DNA of 64,000 nucleotides, from positions 448,001 through 512,000 of the forward strand of contig CAVPVX010000007.1 in NCBI GenBank assembly GCA_963709345.1, in the 5' to 3' direction. Position numbers and translations under genes: made by a program. The DNA is from an uncultured Actinomycetes bacterium (lineage in GTDB: Bacteria > Actinomycetota > Thermoleophilia > UBA2241). The notes beneath the pieces are model-generated. The model did no database searches. It had not been told where the DNA came from and saw nothing but the letters and a program-made list of their open reading frames with translations. Below, piece by piece: positions 41,386 to 50,897 of this stretch (positions are counted from its first letter, which is position 1; each line of letters opens with the position of its first letter).

Positions 41386-43383
41386 TTGGACCACAGCGAC
41401 ACACCCAGCGTCGAGCAGCTCGCCGCCGAGCTCGAAGAGGCGCGGCGGCGCATCGCGGCGCTCGAATCCGCAACGGCCGAGCACGACTTCTCCCTCATGG
41501 CCGAGTGCATGATCGACGGGCTCTCGATGCTCGACGCAGAGGGCGTCCACCTTGACGTGAACCCGGCGCTCTGTGAGATGACGGGGTTCTCGCGCGAGGA
41601 ACTCGTCGGCACTGGACCCCCGCATCCGTACTGGCCACCGGAGGACTACGCGACGATCGAGGCGGACCTCTCCAAGACCCTGAGCGGCGACGCGGAGACC
41701 GTATCGCTGACCTTCATGCGCAAGAGCGGTGAGCGATTCCCGGTCCTCGTGACCCCTTCGGTGCTCCGGGATGCCTCGGGGGCGATGATCAGGGCATACG
41801 CGACAGTGAAGGACGTGACCCCCCAGCGCCGGGCGGAAGAGGCGCTGCGTAGCAGCGAGGAGCGCTTCGCGGCGCTGTTTCAACAGGCACCGCTGGGCTA
41901 CCAGTCACTCGACGAGGACGGCAGGTTCCTGGAGGTGAACTCAGCCTGGCTCGAGATGCTGGGCCATACGCGCGACGAGGTCATCGGCACGTGGTTCGGC
42001 GACTTCCTTGCGCCCGAGCAGGTCGACGCCTTCCGGGAGCGGTTCCCGGTCTTCAAGGCACGTGGACAGATCCGCACGGAGTTCCGCATGCTCCACAAAT
42101 CGGGTGAGGAGCGCACCATCGAGTTCGAGGGGCGAATCGGCCGCGACCCCGACGGCGGCTTCCGGCAGACCCACTGCATCCTCTCGGACGTCACGGAGAG
42201 AAAGCAGGCCGAGCAAGCGTTGCTCGAGAGCGACCGCATACGCACCACTGCCGAGCGGGTCGCGCGCGTCGGCAGCTGGAGGTGGGAGCTCGCCACAGAG
42301 AGAGTCACCTGGTCGCCCGGCATGTTCGGGCTCTTCGACGTCGACCCCGAGGAGTTCGATGGCGACTTCACCCCCGTCCTCGAGACGCGCGTCCACCCCG
42401 ACGACCGGGAGGCTTTGAGGCGGACCACCGCGACGGTGACCGAGTCCGGCGACCCGCTGCCCGTCGAGTACAGGATCGTGCACCGCGACGGGAGCATCCA
42501 CATCGTGCACGGTGAGGGCGCGGCGGAGCACGACGACGAGGGGCGGGTGACGGCGGTCACGGGGTACTACCAGGACGTCACCGAGCGGCGCCGCGCCGAG
42601 ACCGAGATCCGGCGCCTCAACTCCGAGCTCGAGGCACGGGTCGCCAGCCGCACCGAGCAGCTCGATGCCGCGACCCACGAACTCGAGGCATTCGCCTACT
42701 CCATCGCGCATGACGTGCGCGCCCCGCTGCGCGCCATCGACGGATTCAGCGCCATGCTGATGGAGGACGAGCAGGACCGGCTCAGCCCCGAGGGGATCGC
42801 CGAGCTGGGTCGCGTCCGCTCGGCGGCGCAGCACTTGGGACGCCTGCTCGACGAGCTGATGGGGCTCTCCAGCGTCTCGCGCCGCGACGTGCTGCGCCAG
42901 ACGGTCGACCTCAGCGCACTGGCCGGGAGGATCGGCGAGGAACTGAGGGCCGAGACGCCGTCGCGCACTGTCACGCTGAACGTGCAGCCGGGTCTCGTCA
43001 CCGAGGCCGACCCGGCGCTCCTGCGCCTCGTCCTGCGCGAGTTGCTCGGCAACGCCTGGAAGTTCACCGCCGGGCACGCGACGGCGCTGGTCGAGGTCGG
43101 CGCGCTCGACGCCGAAGACGACGATCGCCCGGCCTTCTTCGTGCGCGACGACGGCGCCGGCTTCGACATGCGCTACGCCGAGCACCTCTTCGGCCCCTTC
43201 CAGCGCATGCACCCGCGGGAGCAGTTCGAGGGCACCGGCATCGGTCTCGCCACCGTACAGCGCCTGGTGCGGCGCCACGGCGGTCGTGTCTGGGCCGAGG
43301 CCGAGACCGAGAAGGGCGCGACCTTCTACTTCACAGTGCCGCCGGCGACCGTACCGGCGAGAACGGAGACCGGCGATGGCTGA
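41386..43383 (+). CDS. Triple-PAS cytoplasmic histidine kinase
   Basis: Three PAS/PAC domains, AHDVRAPLRAIDGFS H-box, HATPase boxes; GAGGGAG RBS before TTG. Confidence 0.9.
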   Translation: MDHSDTPSVEQLAAELEEARRRIAALESATAEHDFSLMAECMIDGLSMLDAEGVHLDVNPALCEMTGFSREELVGTGPPHPYWPPEDYATIEADLSKTLSGDAETVSLTFMRKSGERFPVLVTPSVLRDASGAMIRAYATVKDVTPQRRAEEALRSSEERFAALFQQAPLGYQSLDEDGRFLEVNSAWLEMLGHTRDEVIGTWFGDFLAPEQVDAFRERFPVFKARGQIRTEFRMLHKSGEERTIEFEGRIGRDPDGGFRQTHCILSDVTERKQAEQALLESDRIRTTAERVARVGSWRWELATERVTWSPGMFGLFDVDPEEFDGDFTPVLETRVHPDDREALRRTTATVTESGDPLPVEYRIVHRDGSIHIVHGEGAAEHDDEGRVTAVTGYYQDVTERRRAETEIRRLNSELEARVASRTEQLDAATHELEAFAYSIAHDVRAPLRAIDGFSAMLMEDEQDRLSPEGIAELGRVRSAAQHLGRLLDELMGLSSVSRRDVLRQTVDLSALAGRIGEELRAETPSRTVTLNVQPGLVTEADPALLRLVLRELLGNAWKFTAGHATALVEVGALDAEDDDRPAFFVRDDGAGFDMRYAEHLFGPFQRMHPREQFEGTGIGLATVQRLVRRHGGRVWAEAETEKGATFYFTVPPATVPARTETGDG

Positions 43384-44989
43384 CGGCAGGCGGCTCGACC
43401 GCGAGGCCGTGATGGGCCTGGATCCCCTCGGCTACCTTCCGGTCGCCGCCTACGTGGAAGAGGTGGACACCGCCGGCACCGTGCTTGTCACGTACATCAG
43501 CCCACGATACGAGGAGATCACCGGCATCCCGGCCAGTCGTCTCACGGAGGATGTGAGATGGTGGGACGATCGGGTCCACCCTCATGACCGGCCCGCGTAC
43601 CTGGCATCGTATGAACGACTCGCACACGAACTGATCGAACAGGACGTCGAGTACCGATTCCGGCGCCCCGACGGCACGACGATCTGGCTGCACGACCGCG
43701 CCTCCGCCGTGCGCGATGAGGAGCGCGGCGTCACCGTGATCAGCGGGATACTCACGAACGTCACGCGCCGTCGCGAGGCGGAAGAAGAGGCGGCCCGTGT
43801 CGGGGCGGAACTCCAGGCGACGGTCGAATCCCGGACCGCTCAGCTACGGCAGAGCCTGGCGGAACTCGAAGTCGCGCGCGCCAATCTGGCGGCGGCCCAG
43901 GCCCTCTCGCACGTCGGCAGCTACGAGCTCGAGCCGGCGACCGGGCGGACGTGGACCTCCGCCGAGATGCGCCGCATCTGGGGCGTGCCCGCGGAAGCGG
44001 AGTTCAGCATCGACGAGCTGCTCCCGGCGATCCACCCCGACGACCGCGGCGCCATCGATGAGGCTTTCGCTGTCGCGCTCCACGGCACGCTGCCGGAGTC
44101 CGCCACGTTCCGGATCATCCGCGACGACGGAGAGACGCGCGTGATCGAGACTCGCGCGCAGGCCGAGCGTGATGACGCGGGAAACGTGACACTCATGCGT
44201 GGCTCGGCTCAGGACATCACCGAGCGGCGGCGGGCCGAAGACGAGATCCGCCGCCTGAACGCGGAGCTCGCCGAGCGCATCGAGCTGAGCACGGCGCAGC
44301 GAGACGCGGCGACCCACGAGCTCGAGGCGTTCGCCTACTCGGTCGCGCACGACGTGCGCGCCCCGCTGCGCACCATCGACGGATTCAGCACCATGGTGAT
44401 CGAGGATGCCGCGGAGCGGCTGACGCCCGACGACCTCGCACACCTGGACCGGGTGTGCGCCGCAGCCCGGCGCATGGACGACCTCCTCGTCGATCTGCTG
44501 GGGTTGTCGCGCGTCTCGCGGCGCGATATGACCCGCGGCCCGTGCGACCTCAGCGCACTGGCAGAGGAAGTCGGTGACGAACTGCGCGCGGAGCAGCCGG
44601 ACCGGGCGGTGACGCTGTCGGTGGAGCCCGGCCTGGTCGCGGACGCCGACGCCGCGCTGCTGCGGGTGATCGTTCGCGACCTGCTCGAGAACGCCTGGAA
44701 GTTCACGGTCCACCGCCCGGAGGCTCATGTGGAGGTCGGCGCGGTGGAGGCCGGGGACGAGTCGGCCTTCTACGTGCGCGACGACGGCGTCGGTTTCGAC
44801 ATGCGCTGCGCCGAGCACCTGTTCGGCGCCTTCCAGCGCATGCATCCGCCCGAGCAGTTCGAGGGCACGGGCATCGGCCTCGCCACCGTGCAGCGTCTCG
44901 TGCGCCGCCACGGCGGCCGTGTGTGGGCCGAGGCCCAGCCGGACATGGGTGCCACCATCTTCTTCACGCTCCCCGCAGCGGCACGGTGA
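43376..44989 (+). CDS. Double-PAS cytoplasmic histidine kinase
   Basis: Two PAS_3-like domains (VHPHD, IHPDD), AHDVRAPL, ENAWKF, GTGIGLA. Confidence 0.9.
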   Translation: MADGRRLDREAVMGLDPLGYLPVAAYVEEVDTAGTVLVTYISPRYEEITGIPASRLTEDVRWWDDRVHPHDRPAYLASYERLAHELIEQDVEYRFRRPDGTTIWLHDRASAVRDEERGVTVISGILTNVTRRREAEEEAARVGAELQATVESRTAQLRQSLAELEVARANLAAAQALSHVGSYELEPATGRTWTSAEMRRIWGVPAEAEFSIDELLPAIHPDDRGAIDEAFAVALHGTLPESATFRIIRDDGETRVIETRAQAERDDAGNVTLMRGSAQDITERRRAEDEIRRLNAELAERIELSTAQRDAATHELEAFAYSVAHDVRAPLRTIDGFSTMVIEDAAERLTPDDLAHLDRVCAAARRMDDLLVDLLGLSRVSRRDMTRGPCDLSALAEEVGDELRAEQPDRAVTLSVEPGLVADADAALLRVIVRDLLENAWKFTVHRPEAHVEVGAVEAGDESAFYVRDDGVGFDMRCAEHLFGAFQRMHPPEQFEGTGIGLATVQRLVRRHGGRVWAEAQPDMGATIFFTLPAAAR

Positions 44990-45057
44990 GGGCGGCGGGC
45001 GGGACGCCCGCCGCCACGCACCCCTTGACGAAACCCCGCGCACGCGTCCTGCCCGTG

Positions 45058-45087
45058 TGGACGAGTGCACAAGCGGGTCGCTATAAT
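45058..45087 (+). promoter_or_regulatory. Sigma-A-type promoter of the hdr-met operon
   Basis: TGGACG-18 nt-TATAAT. Confidence 0.65.
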
Positions 45088-45164
45088 CGAACTACCCAAG
45101 TGGGCCGTTGAGTCTGTGGTCACCCACTGTCGTTGGGCCTGCCGCGTATCGCAAAGGAGTGCGT

Positions 45165-48100
45165 ATGTCGGGTACACCACCCAAGTCCACCGGTGCTGCG
45201 CTGGTCGTCGGCGGCGGCATCGCGGGAATCCAGTGTTCCCTCGATCTGGCCGAGGGGGGGTACAAAGTCCATCTCGTCGAGAAGGCGCCGGCCCTCGGAG
45301 GCCACATGGCGCAGCTCGACAAGACCTTCCCTACCAACGACTGTTCGATGTGTACGCTGTCGCCCAAGCTGGTCGAGGCCGGCCGACACCTCAACATCGA
45401 TGTCATCACCAACTCGGAGCTCATCGGCCTCGAGGGCGAGCCCGGTCACTTCCAGGCCAAGGTCTACCACCACGCCCGCTTCGTCGACCCGGACGTCTGT
45501 ACGAGCTGCGGTGAGTGCGTGCCCGTGTGCCCCATCACCGTCGCCGATCGGTACAACGAAGACCTCGGCGAACGCAAGGCCATCTACAAGCTCTACCCGC
45601 AGGCCATCCCCAGCACCTATGTGGTCGACAAGAAGGGCTACGCCCCCTGCAAGAGCAACTGTCCGGTCGAGACCTCCGCGCAGGGCTACATCGCCCTCAT
45701 CGCCGAAGGCCGCTTCGAGGCCGCATACACCGTTGCGGCCGAGCCCAACCCCTTCCCGTCGGTCTGCGGCCGCGTCTGCGCACACCCGTGCGAGACGGCG
45801 TGCACGCGCGGCTCAGTCGACGAGGCCATCTCCATCGCCAGTCTCAAGCGCTACGCCTGCGATCATGGCGCTCCTGCCGACCTGCCCGAGAAGCTGCCCG
45901 TCACTTTCGACGAGAAGGTCGCCATCATCGGCGGCGGCCCGGCCGGTCTGAGCTGCGCCCGCGACCTGGCCCAGTACGGCTACGCCACGACCGTCTTCGA
46001 GGCGCTGCCCGTGGCCGGCGGCATGTTGCGCGTCGGCATCCCCGACCACCGCATGCCGCCAGACGTCCTGCAGCGCGAGATCGACCAGATCTGCGCCCTG
46101 GGCGTCGACCTGCGACTCAACCAGCGCTGCGGCGTCGACTTCACCGTCGACGGTCTGATGGCCGACGGGTACAAGGCCGTCTTCCTGGCCGCCGGCCTGC
46201 ACGCCAGCGCGCCGGCGCCCGCCAAGGGCGACGACCTCGACGGCTGCCTGACGGCGGTCGAGTTCCTGCGCGAGCTCAACCTCGGCCGGCCGATGCCGGT
46301 CGGTGACCGTGTGGTGGTCATCGGTGGCGGCGACGTCGCCTTCGACACCGCTCGCGGGGCCTCGAGGCTCACCTCCACCGGCGGCAACGCCCCGGAGGTC
46401 ACCATCGCCTATCGTCGCACCAGCGAAGAGATGCCGGCCTCGCGCGAGGAGATCGAAGAGGGCCTGGACGAGCAGGTCAAGATCGAGTACCTCGTCGCGC
46501 CGGTCGAGATCATCGGCAGCGGCGGCAAGGTCAGCGCGATCAAGCTTCAGCACATGCGGCTCGGCGAACCCGACGAGCAAGGCCGCCGGCGTCCCGAGCC
46601 CATCGACGGCGACTTCGTCGAGATCCCGTGTGAGACGGTCATCTTCGCCATCGGTCAGGCGATCGTCGAGGACTTCGCCAAGGGTCTCGACGACGTCGAG
46701 ATCGAGTGGAACACGGTCAAGACCGACCCCGATTCGCTGGCCACCGCGCATCCCGGCGTCTTCGCCGGCGGCGACGTCGCCCCCACCGGGCCGCTGACCG
46801 CCATCGAGGCGATCGCCGCCGGCCGCAAGGGCGCCGCCAGCATCCACAACCACCTGCGCGGCGAGCAGCTCGTCTCGCTGTGGTCAGACTCGCTCGAAGA
46901 GGCCCGGCCGGACGATGCCGACCTCGCCAAGATCACGCCCGAGCCGCGCGTCGCGATGCCCGAATGGCCGGGCTCGGAGCGCCGGCGGAACTGGACCGAG
47001 GTGCGCAAGGGCTTCACCGAAGAACAGGCGATCGCCGAGGCGAAGCGCTGCCTTCAGTGCGCCGTCTGCTCCGAGTGCATGGAGTGTGTGCGCGCCTGCG
47101 GGCCCGGCGCACTGCTGCACGGCGAGCGCGACAAGGAGATCGCCCTCGACGTCGGCGCCGTCGTCATGGCGACCGGCTTCGACCTCTACGATCCCGGTGC
47201 CAAGAGCGAGTATGGCTACCAGCGATACCCCAACATCCTCTCGGCGCTCGAGTACGAGCGCATGCTGAGCGCCTCCGGCCCGACCATCGGCGACGTCCAG
47301 CGTCCGTCGGATGGAGTGCACCCGAAGAAGATCGCCTTCATCCAGTGCGTCGGCTCGCGCGACCAGGACCACGAGTACTGTTCGAGCGTGTGCTGCATGT
47401 ACGCCAACAAGCAGGCGATGCTCACGGTCGATCACGAGCCCGACTGCGAGCCCACCATCTTCCTCATGGACATGCGCGCCCAGGGCAAGGGCTTCGACGC
47501 CTTCTACCAGCGCGCCCAGGACAAGGGCGTGCAGTTCATCCGCTCGCGGCCCAGCTACATCAAGGAGGACCCGCGCTCGAACGACCTCCTCATCAGCTGG
47601 GAGGACGAGGGCGGCAAGCTGCACGAGACCCGCTACGACATGGTGGTGCTCTCTGCCGGCCTGGAGCCTGCGCGCAAGGCGCAGGAGGCGGCCGGCCACC
47701 TCGGCGTCGCCCTCAATCGCCACGGCTTCTGCCGGCTGCACGAGTTCAACCCGCTCGAGACCAGCCGCAAGGGCGTCTTCGTGGCCGGCCCGTTCGGCGA
47801 GCCCAAGGACATCCCCGACAGCGTCGCTCAGGCCTCGGCCGCCGCGGCCCAGGTGATGACTGGTCTCGCCGACTCCCGTGGCACGCTCACCGTGGACAAG
47901 GAGTACCCGACCGAGAGAGATGTGGTCGGCGAGGAGCCACGCGTCGGCGTGTTCGTCTGCCACTGCGGCAACAACATCGCCGGCGTGATCGGCGTGGAGA
48001 GCGTCGCCGAATACGCCCAGCAGCTCCCGGGCGTCGCCTTCGCCACCGACACCATGTACTCGTGCTCCAGCGACAGCCTCAGTCTCATCCGCGAGGCGAT

Positions 48101-49610
48101 CGAAGAACACGACCTCAACCGCGTCGTGGTCGCCAGCTGCACGCCGCGCACCCATGAGCCCATCTTCCAGGACACGTTGCGTGATGCGGGGCTCAACCCG
48201 TTCCTCTTCGAGATGGCCAACATCCGGGACCAGGCGAGCTGGGTCCACGCGGACGAGCCGGCGAAGGCCACGCAGAAGGCCAAAGAGCTGGTGCAGATGA
48301 GCGTCGCCCGGGCACGCATGCTCGAGCCGCTCTACAAGGTCGATGTGCCGCTCACTCACGCCGCCCTCGTGCTCGGCGGCGGCGTGGCCGGCATGACCAG
48401 CGCCCTCGCCCTGGGCGAGATGGGCCACGAGGTACACCTCGTGGAGCGCTCGCCCAAGCTTGGCGGGCACGTGCTCGAGCTTCGCGAGACCATCAAGGGC
48501 AACGACCCCACCAAGTACGTCGAGGACCTCGAACAGCGCCTCGTCGACAACCCCAACGTCAAGATACACCTCGAGGCCGAGCTCGCCGACTTCCACGGCT
48601 TCATCGGCAACTTCTCGAGCATCGTCACCGAGAAGGACGGCAAGCGCATCCCCGTCGACCACGGCGTCGTGATCGTCGCCACGGGCTCGCACGAGGAACG
48701 CCCCGACCTCTACGGCCTGGGCGAGAGCCAGAAGGTCGTCACCGGTATGGACCTCGAGCGGATGCTCAAGGATGACGACCCGGCCCTCGCCGACATCGGG
48801 TCGGTCGGATTCATTCTCTGCGCCGGCTCGCTCGACGAGAGCCATCCGTACTGCTCGCGCACCTGCTGCCAGCAGAGCATCAAGAACGCGATCGCGCTCA
48901 AGGAACAAGACCCCAGCCGGCCCGTCTACGTGTGGTTCAAGGAGATCCGCACCTACGGCCTGCTCGAGGAGTACTACACGAAGGCGCGTGAGCTCGGTGT
49001 CATCTTCACGCGCTACGACAACGACAGCCTGCCGCAGGTCAGCGCCAACGGCAGCCTCAGCGTCTCGGCCCGCGACCCGTACCTGCGCCGCGACGTCGAG
49101 CTGCCGCTCGACCTTCTGGTGCTCGCCACCCCGGCGGTCGCCGCCGACGGCAGCCTCGAGCTGAGCAAGATGATCAAGGTGCCGCTGCAGAGCGACGGCT
49201 TCTTCCTCGAGGCGCACGTCAAGCTGCGCCCCGTGGACTTCTCCAGCGAAGGCATCTTCCTCTGTGGCTCGGCGCACTACCCCAAGAGCATCGAGGAGAC
49301 GATCTCGCAGGCCTACGCCGCCGCGGGTCGCGCCGCGGGCGTCCTCGCCAAGCCGGCGCTCAAGGCCGGCGGCGTCGTCGCCGAGGTCGACCAGGACAAG
49401 TGCGCCGCCTGTCTCACCTGCATCCGCATCTGCCCCTACGAGGTCCCGGTCATCGACGTCGAGGCCAAGAAGGCCAAGATCGAGGCGGCCGCCTGCCAGG
49501 GCTGCGGCGTGTGCGTCAGTGAGTGCCCTGTGAAAGCGATCACCCTGCACCACTACACCGACGCGCAGATCTTCGCCAAAGAAGAGGCGCTCTTCATGGA
49601 GGTGAGCTGA
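45165..49610 (+). CDS. hdrA: Large HdrA-like flavoprotein (HdrL type: HdrA + inserted GltD-like NAD(P)H module + second HdrA module)
   Basis: VVGGGIAG, LDKTFPTNDC, IIGGGPAG, GGGDVA..AYRRT, FIQCVGSRD, YCSSVCC, GVFVCHCG, CTPRTHE, FLEAHVKLRP, terminal 2x[4Fe-4S]. Confidence 0.92.
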   Translation: MSGTPPKSTGAALVVGGGIAGIQCSLDLAEGGYKVHLVEKAPALGGHMAQLDKTFPTNDCSMCTLSPKLVEAGRHLNIDVITNSELIGLEGEPGHFQAKVYHHARFVDPDVCTSCGECVPVCPITVADRYNEDLGERKAIYKLYPQAIPSTYVVDKKGYAPCKSNCPVETSAQGYIALIAEGRFEAAYTVAAEPNPFPSVCGRVCAHPCETACTRGSVDEAISIASLKRYACDHGAPADLPEKLPVTFDEKVAIIGGGPAGLSCARDLAQYGYATTVFEALPVAGGMLRVGIPDHRMPPDVLQREIDQICALGVDLRLNQRCGVDFTVDGLMADGYKAVFLAAGLHASAPAPAKGDDLDGCLTAVEFLRELNLGRPMPVGDRVVVIGGGDVAFDTARGASRLTSTGGNAPEVTIAYRRTSEEMPASREEIEEGLDEQVKIEYLVAPVEIIGSGGKVSAIKLQHMRLGEPDEQGRRRPEPIDGDFVEIPCETVIFAIGQAIVEDFAKGLDDVEIEWNTVKTDPDSLATAHPGVFAGGDVAPTGPLTAIEAIAAGRKGAASIHNHLRGEQLVSLWSDSLEEARPDDADLAKITPEPRVAMPEWPGSERRRNWTEVRKGFTEEQAIAEAKRCLQCAVCSECMECVRACGPGALLHGERDKEIALDVGAVVMATGFDLYDPGAKSEYGYQRYPNILSALEYERMLSASGPTIGDVQRPSDGVHPKKIAFIQCVGSRDQDHEYCSSVCCMYANKQAMLTVDHEPDCEPTIFLMDMRAQGKGFDAFYQRAQDKGVQFIRSRPSYIKEDPRSNDLLISWEDEGGKLHETRYDMVVLSAGLEPARKAQEAAGHLGVALNRHGFCRLHEFNPLETSRKGVFVAGPFGEPKDIPDSVAQASAAAAQVMTGLADSRGTLTVDKEYPTERDVVGEEPRVGVFVCHCGNNIAGVIGVESVAEYAQQLPGVAFATDTMYSCSSDSLSLIREAIEEHDLNRVVVASCTPRTHEPIFQDTLRDAGLNPFLFEMANIRDQASWVHADEPAKATQKAKELVQMSVARARMLEPLYKVDVPLTHAALVLGGGVAGMTSALALGEMGHEVHLVERSPKLGGHVLELRETIKGNDPTKYVEDLEQRLVDNPNVKIHLEAELADFHGFIGNFSSIVTEKDGKRIPVDHGVVIVATGSHEERPDLYGLGESQKVVTGMDLERMLKDDDPALADIGSVGFILCAGSLDESHPYCSRTCCQQSIKNAIALKEQDPSRPVYVWFKEIRTYGLLEEYYTKARELGVIFTRYDNDSLPQVSANGSLSVSARDPYLRRDVELPLDLLVLATPAVAADGSLELSKMIKVPLQSDGFFLEAHVKLRPVDFSSEGIFLCGSAHYPKSIEETISQAYAAAGRAAGVLAKPALKAGGVVAEVDQDKCAACLTCIRICPYEVPVIDVEAKKAKIEAAACQGCGVCVSECPVKAITLHHYTDAQIFAKEEALFMEVS

Positions 49611-49611
49611 C

Positions 49612-50217
49612 ATGGCCGACGCCGACGTGAAGGCGGCCGTGGCCGAGGGCGGCGCAGCCGCTCCCGAGGCCGCGGACGAGACCCCGGCGAAGCCGGTCGA
49701 CCCGGATTTCGAGCCCGAGATCATCGTGTTCGCGTGTCACTACTGCGCCTATGCCGCCGCCGACCTGGCGGGCAGCATGCGCCTGCAGTACCCGAGCAAC
49801 ATCCGCATGATCAAGCTGCCGTGCACCGGCAAGCTCGAGATCATCCACCTGCTCAAGGCGATCGAGGCCGGCGCCGACGGCGTGTACGCCGCCGGCTGCC
49901 TCGAGGGCGAGTGCCACTACCTCAAGGGCAACCTCTGGGCGCGCAAGCGCGTGGAGCACGTCAAAGGACTGCTCGAAGAGCTGGGCATCGATCCCGCACG
50001 CATCGAGATGTACAACATGTCGTCGGCCGAGGGCGCCAAGTTCGCGGCCGCGGCCACCGAGTTCACCGCGCGCATCAAGGCGCTCGGCCCCAGCCCGATA
50101 AGACGCGACGGCGTGAACGCGCATGCCGCCGCCCGAGAAGCGCTCGGCGGCACGGCCATGCCCGATGACCCCACCCCGTCCGGCGCGGCAACTGCCCAGG
50201 AAGGACACGCAGAATGA
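49612..50217 (+). CDS. mvhD: MvhD-type [2Fe-2S] protein
   Basis: FACHYCAYAAADLAG, PCTGK, GADGV..GCLEGECHY. Confidence 0.93.
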   Translation: MADADVKAAVAEGGAAAPEAADETPAKPVDPDFEPEIIVFACHYCAYAAADLAGSMRLQYPSNIRMIKLPCTGKLEIIHLLKAIEAGADGVYAAGCLEGECHYLKGNLWARKRVEHVKGLLEELGIDPARIEMYNMSSAEGAKFAAAATEFTARIKALGPSPIRRDGVNAHAAAREALGGTAMPDDPTPSGAATAQEGHAE

Positions 50218-50897
50218 TCACCGCCGAACGCAAACCCCTCGACGAGATCATCGAGCTCGTCGGCGACAAGAAGAAGATCCTCGTGGCCGGCTGCGACACC
50301 TGTGTCGCGATCTGCCTCACCGGCGGTGAGAAAGAAGCCGAGATCCTGGCCAGTGAGCTGCGCATCAAGGCGCAGGCGGAAGGCCGCGACGTGGAGATCG
50401 AGCACACGGCCGCGATCCGCCAGTGTGAGTGGGAGTACCTCGACCTGATCGCCGAGAAGGTGGAGCAGGCCGACGTGGTGCTCAGCATGGCCTGCGGCAT
50501 CGGCATCCAGAGCATGGCCGAGAAGTTCGAGCCCAGGCTTGTCGTGCCGGCCGTCAACACCAACATGCTCGGCATGCCGCAGGAGCACGCCGTGTGGCTC
50601 GAGCGGTGCGTCGCCTGCGGCGAATGCCGCATCGGTCTCACCGGCGGCATCTGCCCCGTGGTGCGCTGCAGCAAGAGCCTCATGAACGGCCCGTGCGGCG
50701 GCTCGCACGACGGCCTCTGCGAAGTCACCGGGCCGAACAAGGAAGAGATCGAGTGCGCCTGGGCCCTCATCTGGGAGCGTCTCAAGGCCCAGGGCCGCGA
50801 AGAGTTGATGTTCATGGAACGGCCGCCGAAGGACTGGAGCAAGAGCAGCTCCGGCGGCCCGCGGAAGATGGTGCGCGAGGAGGCGAAGCCGGTATGA
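50214..50897 (+). CDS. metV: Methylene-THF reductase small subunit MetV
   Basis: GCDTCVAIC, RQCE, ACGIG, CVACGEC...GGICP..RCSKSLMNGPCGG, CAW. Confidence 0.92.
   Translation: MITAERKPLDEIIELVGDKKKILVAGCDTCVAICLTGGEKEAEILASELRIKAQAEGRDVEIEHTAAIRQCEWEYLDLIAEKVEQADVVLSMACGIGIQSMAEKFEPRLVVPAVNTNMLGMPQEHAVWLERCVACGECRIGLTGGICPVVRCSKSLMNGPCGGSHDGLCEVTGPNKEEIECAWALIWERLKAQGREELMFMERPPKDWSKSSSGGPRKMVREEAKPV

Noticed and set aside
46884-49724. Long antisense ORFs (also 17971-19701, 15891-17321, 56615-58741, 50075-52090)
   Set aside because: Stop-poor shadow frames typical of very GC-rich coding DNA; no motifs, and they overlap well-supported genes.
49612-50217. Selenocysteine in MvhD or HdrA
   Set aside because: The motif positions are ordinary Cys codons and the ORFs have no internal TGA.
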